In this document: positions 28,118 to 40,035 of the stretch, piece by piece
How the letters are laid out: each line of letters opens with the position of its first letter
Position numbering within the stretch: position 1 is the first letter of the stretch
DNA from: an uncultured Gammaproteobacteria bacterium
GTDB lineage: Bacteria > Patescibacteriota > Microgenomatia > Levybacterales > UBA12049
Direction: 5' to 3'
NCBI GenBank assembly: GCA_964424775.1
Contig: CAYRJZ010000002.1
Coordinates: 141,806-205,805, forward strand
Length of the DNA stretch: 64,000 nucleotides
Notes under the pieces: model-generated
What the model was told of the DNA's origin: nothing
Database searches by the model: none
What the model saw: the letters and a program-made list of their open reading frames with translations, nothing else
Made by a program: the position numbers and the translations under genes

Positions 28118-28543
28118 CTATGACATTGGCTGTCGTGAACTGCGTCTTTTATTGGCAACTTTCAACTCAAGTATAGCCCGTCTCATATCTGCTTGGGCAA
28201 CAGCAAAGTCACGTTCTGTCAAATCTTCTTGCTTCTTCTTAAGAGTTTCTTCAGCTCTCTTTTGTGCTTCAAGTGCTTTTTTCATGTCAATTTCTTCTGA
28301 CCTAATCGCATAGTCAGAGAGGAGAGTAAGAACTCCTTTATCAACTTGGAGAAATCCACCTGTTACAGCAACATGGTGCTCTTTTCCTTTTTGTTTGATT
28401 GTCATTTCACCAGCTACTACTTGTGTAAGAAGGTCAATATGATGGGGAAGAACTGCAATTTCACCCGTAACAGTAGGAATAACGAGCTCTTCAATTTCGC
28501 CATCAAATATTATTTTTTCGGGGGTTACTACTTTTAATTGCAT
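28118..28543 (-). CDS. atpC: F-type ATP synthase epsilon subunit
   Basis: MQLKVVTPEKIIFDGEIEELVIPTVTGEIAVLPHHIDLLT…. Confidence 0.85.
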   Translation of the reverse strand: MQLKVVTPEKIIFDGEIEELVIPTVTGEIAVLPHHIDLLTQVVAGEMTIKQKGKEHHVAVTGGFLQVDKGVLTLLSDYAIRSEEIDMKKALEAQKRAEETLKKKQEDLTERDFAVAQADMRRAILELKVANKRRSSRQPMS

Positions 28544-28549
28544 ATGGTG

Positions 28550-30818
<2,269 letters not shown>

Positions 30819-30822
30819 GAGA

Positions 30823-32352
30823 TTACTGAGTTAATTTCGATCCTTTCTTAAAGTCTTCAATTAATTTATCTACCTCTTTGAGATCGTCCTCTTTCAATTT
30901 TTCGCCATTTGCAAGTCTATCCATAACTTTGCTCCATTTTTTGCTAGAAGCAAATTCATGGAGTTCTTTTTCAAACTTAGTGATATCACTCACAGCTACA
31001 TTATCCACGTGTCCCCGTGTTACTGCAGCAATACTTAATAATTGATAACTTTCTGGAAGTGGATTGAACTGTAGCTGTTTGAAAATTTCTGTAATTCTTT
31101 TTCCTCTTTCTAGTTGTTGTTGTGTAGCTGTATCAAGATCTGAGCCGAATTGAGCGAATGCAGCAAGTTCCCGGTATTGAGCTAATTCGAGTTTCATTTT
31201 TCCTGCAACTGATTTCATAGCACCTGTTTGGGCAGCACTCCCTACACGGGATACTGAAATACCCACATTAATCGCAGGTCTAATTCCTGAGTTAAAAAGA
31301 TCACCCTCAAGGAAAATCTGTCCATCAGTAATAGAAATAACATTTGTTGGAATATATGCTGAGATATCTCCTGCTTGGGTTTCAATAATAGGGAGTGCTG
31401 TAATTGATCCACCACCATTTGCTTTACTCATTCTTACTGATCTTTCAAGGAGTCGACTATGAAGATAGAAGATGTCTCCTGGATATGCTTCACGTCCTGC
31501 GGGTCGTCCTAAGACAAGAGCAATTTGTCGATATGCCCATGCTTGTTTGGTGAGATCGTCATAGACAATAAGCACGTCTTCACCTTTTTCCATAAAGTAC
31601 TCTGCAATTGCAGTTCCTGCATAGGCGGAAAGATATTGAAGGGCAGCAGGATCAGCGGCATCAGCAACAACGACTATGGTATTTTCCATGGCTCCTGCAT
31701 CCTTGAGTCTTCCGATTATTTGAGCTACTGTACTTTGTTTTTGACCAATAGCTACATAAACGCTTAGAACTCTCTTGCCACCTTTTTGAGCATTCTTTTG
31801 ATTGATTATTGTATCAATGGCAACAGCTGTTTTACCAATACCACGATCTCCAATAATAAGCTCACGCTGTCCTCGTCCGATTGGAATCATGGCATCAATT
31901 GCTTTAATGCCAGTTTTTAGTGGTGTGTCTACAGGTTCACGCTCGACAACACCAGCAGCAATTTTTTCAAGTGGCATCAATGTACCTTTTTTAATTGCTG
32001 GTTTACCGTCAAGTGGAACTCCAAGTGGATTAACAACACGTCCTAATATTTCATCTGAAACAGTTATACCCAATAGTTCACCTGTCGTTTTGACCTCATC
32101 TCCTTCTTTTATTGAAGTTGCATCATCAAGTAGAATAATTGAGACACTGTCATCACTAAGATCAAGCACAACTCCTGATGCTCCATTACTGAATTCAACA
32201 CGTTCTCCCATCACTGCTCGTGAAAGACCAGATGCTGAGATCACACCGTCATGATTGTTCTCAACAAGTCCAACATTTTGTGAAGTTGTCTCAAATGAGA
32301 CGCCACGTGATCTATCTTCTAATTGTTTAATAATATCTTGTGTTTTAATCAT
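30823..32352 (-). CDS. atpA: F-type ATP synthase alpha subunit
   Basis: P-loop GDRGIGKT and …[16 protein letters not shown]…. Confidence 0.95.
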   Translation of the reverse strand: MIKTQDIIKQLEDRSRGVSFETTSQNVGLVENNHDGVISASGLSRAVMGERVEFSNGASGVVLDLSDDSVSIILLDDATSIKEGDEVKTTGELLGITVSDEILGRVVNPLGVPLDGKPAIKKGTLMPLEKIAAGVVEREPVDTPLKTGIKAIDAMIPIGRGQRELIIGDRGIGKTAVAIDTIINQKNAQKGGKRVLSVYVAIGQKQSTVAQIIGRLKDAGAMENTIVVVADAADPAALQYLSAYAGTAIAEYFMEKGEDVLIVYDDLTKQAWAYRQIALVLGRPAGREAYPGDIFYLHSRLLERSVRMSKANGGGSITALPIIETQAGDISAYIPTNVISITDGQIFLEGDLFNSGIRPAINVGISVSRVGSAAQTGAMKSVAGKMKLELAQYRELAAFAQFGSDLDTATQQQLERGKRITEIFKQLQFNPLPESYQLLSIAAVTRGHVDNVAVSDITKFEKELHEFASSKKWSKVMDRLANGEKLKEDDLKEVDKLIEDFKKGSKLTQ

Positions 32353-32698
32353 ATTGTTCTTCTATATGTTCAGTAATTTTATTGAGCGTATTTTTCAAAC
32401 TCATTTCGTATATATCATCATTATGTTGTAATCTCATTCCAAGCAGAAGGGTTGGATCAACATTCATAACAATTCTTTTATCAGGGAAAATACTTTGTAA
32501 TTGTTTAATTGAACCAATGTCACTCTGTGGTACATCAACTACAATTGTATTTTGTCTTTCCCAATTCTTCAGCGCTTTAATATACAACTTTAACTCTTTC
32601 TTTGTCAAAAGGTCAGCAATTTTATTTACTTTCGTAATATCAAGGTCTCCATCAGTATAACTCTCAACCACTAATTGCTGTAAATTTCTTCTGTTCAT
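32345..32698 (-). CDS. atpH: F-type ATP synthase delta (OSCP) subunit, minimal 117-aa form
   Basis: Operon position between atpF and atpA. The C-terminal half (…[19 protein letters not shown]…[24 protein letters not shown]…) aligns to the delta C-terminal domain. The N-terminal helical bundle is mostly absent. Confidence 0.6.
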   Translation of the reverse strand: MNRRNLQQLVVESYTDGDLDITKVNKIADLLTKKELKLYIKALKNWERQNTIVVDVPQSDIGSIKQLQSIFPDKRIVMNVDPTLLLGMRLQHNDDIYEMSLKNTLNKITEHIEEQYD

Positions 32699-32702
32699 GG
32701 TT

Positions 32703-33209
32703 TTAATCTGCCTTTTTCTTAATTGTTTTTAATGCTTTTTCAAAAACTTGTGACTGTTCTTTCTCACTGAATACTCCTGCAAGTGATTTTTCAAGATAAG
32801 TAACTGCTAACTGACTAACATGAGCTGACAGTCTTTGTTCTGCTTCTTTTGTTTCAGCAGAAATTTGAGCACGTGCCTCTTGAAGCATTTTTTCTGCTGT
32901 CTCACGTGTCTGAGTTTCTGTAGCAGAGAGTAACTCAGATCGTTGTTTTTTTGCTTCATCAAGCATTTCTTTTACCTCTGCATGAGCTTTTCTCAACATC
33001 TCTCGTTCTTTTTCCTGAGCAGACTGAAACATTTTTTGAGCCTCTTCTGCTTGCTTTAATCCTTCCTTGATCGTTGTTTCACGATTTTTCAAAACCTTCA
33101 TAATAGGCTTGAGTGCAAATCGTCGAACAATATAAAGAATAATTAAGAAATTTACTATTTGAGCAGCTAATAGATATATATTGATTCCAAATTGTCCAAT
33201 TGCTTCCAT
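32703..33209 (-). CDS. atpF: F-type ATP synthase subunit b
   Basis: Single N-terminal transmembrane segment plus a long charged helix (…AQIVNFLIILYIVRRFALKPIMKVL…). Operon position fits. Confidence 0.8.
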   Translation of the reverse strand: MEAIGQFGINIYLLAAQIVNFLIILYIVRRFALKPIMKVLKNRETTIKEGLKQAEEAQKMFQSAQEKEREMLRKAHAEVKEMLDEAKKQRSELLSATETQTRETAEKMLQEARAQISAETKEAEQRLSAHVSQLAVTYLEKSLAGVFSEKEQSQVFEKALKTIKKKAD

Positions 33210-33235
33210 ATATTACTTCAATAAATTCGTGTTCA

Positions 33236-33292
33236 TTCGTGAGCGAGAATATAAATTCTCATCTCACGAACTATCGCGAATGAAATCATTCG
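33236..33292 (-). promoter_or_regulatory. Twin intercistronic stem-loops between atpE and atpF (possible attenuator or processing element)
   Basis: Stem-loop 1: TTCGTGAGCGAGAAT-ATAA-ATTCTCATCTCACGAA, at 33236-33270. Stem-loop 2: CGAATGA-AA-TCATTCG, at 33277-33292. On the mRNA the first is followed by UUUAUU. Confidence 0.4.
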
Positions 33293-33304
33293 GTTTAATT
33301 CGTA

Positions 33305-33511
33305 TTAGCCTGTAAAGGCTAAAATGAGTGAGTAAATAGCGATAGCTTCTGCGAACGCCATACCTAAAAGCATAGCTGGAAGAATTCTTCCTCCTGCTTC
33401 TGGATTACGTCCAATTGCTTCCATAGCGCGACTTCCAATAAGTCCGATTGCAATAGCTGGGAAAATACCTCCAAGTGCAACGATAAGACCTCCTGTAATA
33501 CTAAATTCCAT
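33305..33511 (-). CDS. atpE: F-type ATP synthase subunit c
   Basis: 68-aa hairpin proteolipid (…GRNPEAGGRILPAMLLGMAFAEAIAIYSLI…). A strong RBS, AAGGGGGG, lies upstream. Confidence 0.9.
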   Translation of the reverse strand: MEFSITGGLIVALGGIFPAIAIGLIGSRAMEAIGRNPEAGGRILPAMLLGMAFAEAIAIYSLILAFTG

Positions 33512-33573
33512 TAATAACTCACCCCCCTTCGTGAAAAAATAAGATAATCAAAAAATATTTTATTCATATTTGT

Positions 33574-34470
33574 TTAATGAGACTCTTCATGATGTGATGT
33601 CATCATGACGCTCATAAATACCATTGTTAACATTGCGAATACTAATGCCTGAACTAGCCCAACTAAAATCTCCAGCATCATGAATGGGAGAGGGGCTACA
33701 AAGGCTAAAAGAGAAGAAATTGTGGCAAGCACAACTTCTCCCGCGTATATATTACCAAAAAGTCTAAAGGAAAGCGAGATCATTTTTGTTACTTCAGAGA
33801 CCAATTCTAATATCCCAACAAAAAGAAGAATAGGATTGAGTGAAAAAAAACGTCCTAAGTATTCTTTAATTCCTAATGTTTTTATACTAAGCATATGAGT
33901 CGCAACAACTGAAATAATTGCGAGTGCAAGTGTTGCATTAATATCACTTGTTAAATTTCGATTGAGTGAAATAAGATGGTGCTTTTCTTCTTTTTCTGCT
34001 GTTTTTTGAATTTCCTTTGTTGCTGTAACTGATGATTCTTCATGGTCATCTTCTACAGTTGTTGCGTGTTCATCTACTGGAGTTTCCTCATGAGTTGAAT
34101 CACTTTTACTTGTTATATTTTCTTCGTGAGTTTCTTCAACAGCATGTGAATTCTTTGGATAAAACCCTATACTTTCAGCCCCTGGGAGTAAACCACTCCA
34201 GTTAGAGAGCATAATGAAAATGAAAAATGTAAAAAAGTAAGGAAATATTTTTTCTGCATTTTTTCCTGCAATGGTCTGGGTAAGGTTATAAAAGACATCA
34301 ACAACCATCTCAATAATATTCTGGAAAGTACCTGGAATTTTTTTTACATTTTTTGCAAGAAGAATAACGCCAAGAATAATTATTGCGTCAATAAGAAGTG
34401 TGTTTACAACGGTATTTGTAATTGGAACTGGTCCAACTTGAATAAGAACATCTGGTGCTAATGATGCCAT
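33574..34470 (-). CDS. atpB: F-type ATP synthase subunit a, with a His/Glu/Thr-rich insertion
   Basis: …LSFRLFGNIYAGEVV… carries the essential Arg. An extra ~60-aa low-complexity segment (THEENITSKSDSTHEETPVDEHATTVEDDHEE…KEEKHH) sits in the TM2-TM3 loop. Confidence 0.85.
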   Translation of the reverse strand: MASLAPDVLIQVGPVPITNTVVNTLLIDAIIILGVILLAKNVKKIPGTFQNIIEMVVDVFYNLTQTIAGKNAEKIFPYFFTFFIFIMLSNWSGLLPGAESIGFYPKNSHAVEETHEENITSKSDSTHEETPVDEHATTVEDDHEESSVTATKEIQKTAEKEEKHHLISLNRNLTSDINATLALAIISVVATHMLSIKTLGIKEYLGRFFSLNPILLFVGILELVSEVTKMISLSFRLFGNIYAGEVVLATISSLLAFVAPLPFMMLEILVGLVQALVFAMLTMVFMSVMMTSHHEESH

Positions 34471-34519
34471 AGGCTCACGTATTGTACTAAATTACAGGAG
34501 TCTATACAAGGCTAAACGA

Positions 34520-37500
34520 TCAGTTAATTGTTTGTTTTGCAGGTACTACCTTGTCAGCAATAATGACGAGCCTATCATCTTTTGAATCTAGTCTTCCTTC
34601 TATCATCACAACAGAATCCTGCACAATATATGTTTTTACCTGTACGTATGTTTTAGGGAAGATTACACACTCAATTGTCATTCCTTTTTCATCTCCAACT
34701 GAGATAAATGCCATTTCGGCATTACTTTTTTTAGTAATAATTTTTCTTGCTGTTTCAATAATTCCACCAATTTTGACAAAAGAACCAACTTTTTCACCTT
34801 CAAGAAGATCAATTTCATGAGTAACAAGGAGTTTAAGACTAGACAGGATTTCCATATGGGGATGGGAAGTTAAGTAGAGACCTAAAAATTCTTTTTCAAA
34901 AACTAATTTTTCTTCAAGCGTAAAATCATCTACATCAATTGACGAAAGATCAAATGAAGAAGAGATAGTAACACTGTCATCTCCAAATAACGATCCTTGT
35001 CCATCTGCTTCATGTTTTTTTGATTTACTCATTTGATCCATGAGGTCTGGCATTGCAATAAGTAATGTCGCTCTTTTACCAAAACTATCGAATGCTCCGG
35101 CTTTTATAAGACTTTCGAGAGTTTTTTTATTTACTTTCCCTAAATCTACCCGATTACAAAAATCCTGAAAACTCACAAAAGATTTGGACTTCCTTGCAGC
35201 AAGTATGGATTCGATTGCAGCACTTCCCACATTCTTGACAGCTGACAGGCCAAATCTGATCATGGTATTTTCTTCAATACTAAACTCATGTTCGGACTTG
35301 TTAATATCAGGGGGGAGAACAGGGACATCAAGTCTTCGACACTCTGCAACAGCCTGAGCAATTTTCTCATTTTTTTGTGGACCTGTAGTTCCTCGTGACT
35401 CGGCGGTAAGTACTGCAGTCATAAACTCAACAGGGAAATGTGCTTTAAGATATCCAGTTCGAAAAGCAATCATGGCATAACATGCTGCATGCGCTTTATT
35501 AAATCCGTATCCAGCAAATGGAGCAATAAGGGTAAAGAGTTCTTTTGCTTTTTTTTCGGTCAAACCTTTTTTAATACATCCTGAAATAAATAATTCTTCT
35601 TGTTTCTTCATTTCAGCAGGTATTTTTTTACCCATGGCTTTTCGGAATTTGTCAGCATCTAGCCAAGAATAACCAGCCAATTTAATTGCTGTTAAGAGCA
35701 CATCATCTTGAAAAGTGAGTACTCCATATGACTGCTTCAGGATATCTTTTAACTCGGGGTGAGGGTAGGTGATAAGAGACGGATTGTTTTTTCTCTTAAT
35801 AAATTCAGGGATATTTTGCATTGGACCTGGGCGGTAAAGTGAAACCATCGCCTGAAGGTCGAAAATTGACGTAGGTTTTAATTCCTTAATATATCTTCTC
35901 ATTCCGGACGATTCGAGTTGAAATATTCCGGTTGTTTCGCCTTGCCCTAAGAGTTCATATGTCTTTTTATCATCAAGAGGTGCTTTATCAAGATCAAGGA
36001 TGATGTTTTGATTGGCTTTTATGAACTTGAGTGTTTCTTCAATGATAGTCAGATTACGAAGGCCTAAAAAGTCCATCTTGAGAAGTCCAACACCATCTTC
36101 TCCAACTGTATACATATCATACTGAGTTACTACTTTCTCACCATTTGTTTCTCTTTGAACAGGTGTGTATTCAGTAATGTCCCGATCAGCGATAACGACA
36201 CCTGCAGCATGCACTGATGCATGACGAGCTACACCTTCTAGCTTTTTTGAAATATCTAAAAGTCTTTTAGTTTCAGGTTCTGATTCATAGGCTCTTTTGA
36301 GATCAGGACTTTGTGTGAGTGCATTATCAAGAGTCATTGCATGTCCTTGCCAGCCTGGAGGAATCATTTTTGATATACGATCTGGTCCGGCATAAGGCAT
36401 TCCAAGTGCACGACCGGCATCTCGCACTGATCCTTTTGCCTCCATCGTTCCAAAGGTAATAATTTGAGCAACTTTTTCTTTCCCATATTTTTGTGTTACG
36501 TATGCAATAACTTCCTCACGTCTTGTATCTGCAAAATCAAGATCAATATCAGGAGCAGATGGGCGAAGAGGGTTGAGAAATCGCTCAAATGGGAGAGCAA
36601 AAAAGAAAGGATCGACGTCAGTAATGCGCAAACAATAAGAGACTACAGATCCTGCAGCAGATCCACGCCCGGGTCCTACTGCAATTTCATGATCTTTTGC
36701 CCAGTTTACAAAATCGGCAACAATGAGAAAGTATGTATCATATCCTTTTTCCCGTATAACTTTTAATTCATAATCAACACGTTCCTGAATTTTCTCCGTA
36801 ATCTCAGAGTATCTTTTTCTCATTCCTTCATATGTTAATTCTTGTAAATACTCGGCAGGTGTCTTCCCATCTGGAACTTCGAAGATAGGCATGTGCCACT
36901 TTCCAAGCTCAATTTCAAGGTTGCACCTGTCTGCAATTTTAACGGAATTTTCAACTGCGTCAGGAAGGTCAGCAAACAACTCTGTCATTTCATCAGCTGT
37001 TTTGATATAGAAATCAGGTGAGTCGATCATGGAGAGTTTTCTATTTTTATCTAGAAGAGTGTACTGTGTCTGAATACACAGAAGGACTTCTTGTGCCTCT
37101 GCATCATCAGGTCTGGTATAGTGATTGTCATTCGTAGCAACTAGTGGAATACCTAATTTTTTTGATAGTGCAGTGAGTTTTTCATTTGCAACTTTTTGTG
37201 GAGGGACGTTAAGATGACGTTGCAGCTCAAAATAAAAATTTCCCTGTCCGAAAATTTCATTGAGTGCTATAGCTCTTTTTTCTCCTTCTTGATCATCGCC
37301 TCTTACAAGAGGTTCTGTAACATATCCGTTGACACATGCTGAGAGACAAATGATTCCTTCGTGATGTTTTTTCAGGAGTTCAAGGTCAGTTCGTGGTTTG
37401 TAGTAATATCCTTCAAGATAAGATACAGAGACTATTTTCATTAAATTTTTATAGCCTGTCTCATTTTCTGCAAGAAGTATAAGGTGGTTATAATCTTTAT

Positions 37501-37747
37501 CAACACCTGCTTCTTTATCCCGAAGTGATCTTTTTGCAACATACACTTCACATCCAATAATCGGTTTGATATCTGCAGCCTTACACGCTTGATAAAATTT
37601 GATTGCTCCGTATAAATTTCCATGATCTGTTATGGCCAGTGATTTCATCCCGAGGGATTTAGCATAAGCGACCATATTTTTTGTTTTTTGGAGACCGTCA
37701 AGAAGAGAGAACTCCGAATGATTATGTAAATGAACAAAATCTGCCAT
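34520..37747 (-). CDS. dnaE: DNA polymerase III alpha subunit
   Basis: PHP domain at the N-terminus (MADFVHLHNHSEFSLLDG…), a polymerase core, and an OB fold. 1075 aa. Confidence 0.95.
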   Translation of the reverse strand: MADFVHLHNHSEFSLLDGLQKTKNMVAYAKSLGMKSLAITDHGNLYGAIKFYQACKAADIKPIIGCEVYVAKRSLRDKEAGVDKDYNHLILLAENETGYKNLMKIVSVSYLEGYYYKPRTDLELLKKHHEGIICLSACVNGYVTEPLVRGDDQEGEKRAIALNEIFGQGNFYFELQRHLNVPPQKVANEKLTALSKKLGIPLVATNDNHYTRPDDAEAQEVLLCIQTQYTLLDKNRKLSMIDSPDFYIKTADEMTELFADLPDAVENSVKIADRCNLEIELGKWHMPIFEVPDGKTPAEYLQELTYEGMRKRYSEITEKIQERVDYELKVIREKGYDTYFLIVADFVNWAKDHEIAVGPGRGSAAGSVVSYCLRITDVDPFFFALPFERFLNPLRPSAPDIDLDFADTRREEVIAYVTQKYGKEKVAQIITFGTMEAKGSVRDAGRALGMPYAGPDRISKMIPPGWQGHAMTLDNALTQSPDLKRAYESEPETKRLLDISKKLEGVARHASVHAAGVVIADRDITEYTPVQRETNGEKVVTQYDMYTVGEDGVGLLKMDFLGLRNLTIIEETLKFIKANQNIILDLDKAPLDDKKTYELLGQGETTGIFQLESSGMRRYIKELKPTSIFDLQAMVSLYRPGPMQNIPEFIKRKNNPSLITYPHPELKDILKQSYGVLTFQDDVLLTAIKLAGYSWLDADKFRKAMGKKIPAEMKKQEELFISGCIKKGLTEKKAKELFTLIAPFAGYGFNKAHAACYAMIAFRTGYLKAHFPVEFMTAVLTAESRGTTGPQKNEKIAQAVAECRRLDVPVLPPDINKSEHEFSIEENTMIRFGLSAVKNVGSAAIESILAARKSKSFVSFQDFCNRVDLGKVNKKTLESLIKAGAFDSFGKRATLLIAMPDLMDQMSKSKKHEADGQGSLFGDDSVTISSSFDLSSIDVDDFTLEEKLVFEKEFLGLYLTSHPHMEILSSLKLLVTHEIDLLEGEKVGSFVKIGGIIETARKIITKKSNAEMAFISVGDEKGMTIECVIFPKTYVQVKTYIVQDSVVMIEGRLDSKDDRLVIIADKVVPAKQTIN

Positions 37748-37768
37748 AGTAAATGAGGAAAGAAGCTA

Positions 37769-38713
37769 TCACGCTGCTTTAACTAATTTAGGTTTTTGAT
37801 TCTCAAGATATTCTACAGCATATGGAATGTTTTGTGTGATGTCCTCAAGAGCAATTAGTTTTTTCCCATCAGGACTCATGACTGTTTTATATACAAGTTG
37901 ATTTGTAACATCATGAAACAGCCACTCATCTGTCCTAGTATCTTTTCTGGCGATAACAGCTCTATTTTTATTAGTTAGTTTGGCAATAAGAGAGGCAAGG
38001 GATGCTCTCTCAAAGCATTGATCGAACGTCTCTCCGGGATCATACTCGGACATTCCTACACTGACTGTTAATGAACGCGGAATATCCTCTGATACAGGAA
38101 TATTTTCAACTGCTTGTCTAATTCTTTCTCCAGGAGCGGTTAAATCAGTTGTTCGTCTTTGATTAAAGAAATCTGTTGGAGCATTTTCTGGATTTTCTTT
38201 ATCATATGGGAGAGTAAAAGCAAATTCTTCGCCACCCCATCTGCCGGCAATATCTGTTTCACGTATTGAGGATGTAAGGGCAGTTGCAACTGCTTTTAAT
38301 GCTTTGTCTCCCGTGAGCTCGCCATACGTTGAGTTAAATGCTCCAAAACTATCAATATCTTGCACGCCGATAACAAGTCCGTGTAATTCAGGATTTCTGT
38401 TAACGCGCGCAATTTCACGTTCTGTTTCTTCGTGATATGAATCATGGTTACGTAGTCCAGTTTTTGTATCGTATTGGAGCATTAATTCTGCTTTTGCCAT
38501 CTTTTTTCCTGCTCGCAGGAATGATTCAAGAGGTTTCTCTTCCTTTGTATCTAATTTAAAGTCTGTTTGTGCTTCACGTTGTTTGTCCCTTATGAGTTCA
38601 CGAAGTCTACGAAATTTGCCCGGAGATATAAACGGGTGTTTTTTGGGAGGTTTATCTATATGTGAAGATGAATCTTCAGGTAAGGGAGTAAAATCAGCAT
38701 TTCCTTCGGGCAT
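37769..38713 (-). CDS. GGDEF-domain diguanylate cyclase with I-site and an uncharacterised C-terminal extension
   Basis: Active site RWGGEEF, with an RETD (RxxD) I-site five residues upstream. About 100 aa follow the GGDEF domain with no recognisable motif. Confidence 0.8.
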   Translation of the reverse strand: MPEGNADFTPLPEDSSSHIDKPPKKHPFISPGKFRRLRELIRDKQREAQTDFKLDTKEEKPLESFLRAGKKMAKAELMLQYDTKTGLRNHDSYHEETEREIARVNRNPELHGLVIGVQDIDSFGAFNSTYGELTGDKALKAVATALTSSIRETDIAGRWGGEEFAFTLPYDKENPENAPTDFFNQRRTTDLTAPGERIRQAVENIPVSEDIPRSLTVSVGMSEYDPGETFDQCFERASLASLIAKLTNKNRAVIARKDTRTDEWLFHDVTNQLVYKTVMSPDGKKLIALEDITQNIPYAVEYLENQKPKLVKAA

Positions 38714-38715
38714 AA

Positions 38716-40035
38716 CTACGAGCTCATACTTTCAATGAGTTGTGTCTTCACAATATTTGCATCAACCTTTTTGCCAATAGAACGCATACATTGTCCGACT
38801 AAAAACATTATGACAGATTCTTTTCCTGATTTATAGTCAGCGACTGCCTTTTCATTCTCAGAGATTACTTTTTCAATAATCTTTCGAAGCTCATCAGGGT
38901 CAATTTCTTCTTTCTTTGAAGATTCAGTTATATAAGAAATAACTTCATGCGACGAGTTGAATTTTTTGTCTTTTTTGTTAAGAAGAATATTCGCAATTTG
39001 TTTGGGTGTAATATCATTTTCTTTTCCAAGAGACACACATTCTTCAAAGAAATCTGCATCAGGTTTTTCACGGGTAAGTTGTTCAGCATCATACCGGGGG
39101 AGAGTGTACTCAAATACAAATCTTTTGATTTTTTCATCACGAAGTTCAGGGAGTTTTGTCTTCAGTTCAGAAATTTCAACTTCAGTAAAAGTAATAGGTG
39201 GGATATCTGGTTCTGGGAAGTATCGATAATCATTTGCTTCTTCTTTCACTCGTTGTGAAAAAGTAATATTTTTATCTTCACTCCATCCTCTTGTTTCCTG
39301 CGGAGGGATGTCACCTTTTTTAAGAATTTCTTCCTGTCTTGCTAATTCAAATGTAATTGCTTTACTCACAAATTTAAATGAATTGATATTTTTCACTTCA
39401 ACTTTGTAAGGAGGAAATACTCCTGGTTGGTCAGTGAGTGAGATATTTGGTTCAAGTCTCATATCTCCTTTTTCCATATCTGCATTTGATACATCAAGAT
39501 ATCTAACAATTGTTTGGAGTTTTTGAAGATACTCAACAACATCGTCTGCATTGTCAAAATCTGGTTCGGTTACTATTTCAACAAGTGGAACACTTGATCT
39601 GTTGTAATCGATAAGACTTGTCTTAACTCCGTCTATTGTTTGGTGCATGAGTTTGCCAGTGTCTTCTTCCATATGGACTCGGGTAATACCAATTGTTTTT
39701 CCAGAGGATAAAGTAATTGATCCATTCTTACCGAAGGGTAAGTCATATTGACTGATCTGGTATCCCTTAGGAAGGTCAGGATAAAAGTAATTCTTTCTAT
39801 CAAATTTAGAAAAGTTATTTATTTCACAGTTGAGTGCTTGGGCAATCATGATACACCATTCGATAGCTTGTTTGTTGGGAACGGGCAATGCTCCGGGAAG
39901 TCCAAGACAGACAGGACATGTGTGTGAATTTGGTTCTTTCCCAAAATAATCAGCGCTGCATCGACAGAACATTTTTGATTGTGTTTTTAGCTCGACATGA
40001 ACTTCAAGTCCAATAATTGGCGTATATTTACTCAT
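38716..40035 (-). CDS. gatB: Asp/Glu-tRNA(Asn/Gln) amidotransferase subunit B
   Basis: MSKYTPIIGLEVHVELKTQSKMFCRCS…CPVCLGLPGALP…. Confidence 0.95.
   Translation of the reverse strand: MSKYTPIIGLEVHVELKTQSKMFCRCSADYFGKEPNSHTCPVCLGLPGALPVPNKQAIEWCIMIAQALNCEINNFSKFDRKNYFYPDLPKGYQISQYDLPFGKNGSITLSSGKTIGITRVHMEEDTGKLMHQTIDGVKTSLIDYNRSSVPLVEIVTEPDFDNADDVVEYLQKLQTIVRYLDVSNADMEKGDMRLEPNISLTDQPGVFPPYKVEVKNINSFKFVSKAITFELARQEEILKKGDIPPQETRGWSEDKNITFSQRVKEEANDYRYFPEPDIPPITFTEVEISELKTKLPELRDEKIKRFVFEYTLPRYDAEQLTREKPDADFFEECVSLGKENDITPKQIANILLNKKDKKFNSSHEVISYITESSKKEEIDPDELRKIIEKVISENEKAVADYKSGKESVIMFLVGQCMRSIGKKVDANIVKTQLIESMSS

Noticed and set aside
31525-32254. ORFs 31525..31767(+) and 31802..32254(+) inside atpA; similar antisense ORFs inside atpD (28921..29767), dnaE (34551..34820, 36464..36766), gatB (38928..39258), gatA (40346..41305), murT, htpX, polX, acs, eno and ppsA
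   Set aside because: All lie opposite or overlapping high-confidence conserved genes and have low-complexity translations.
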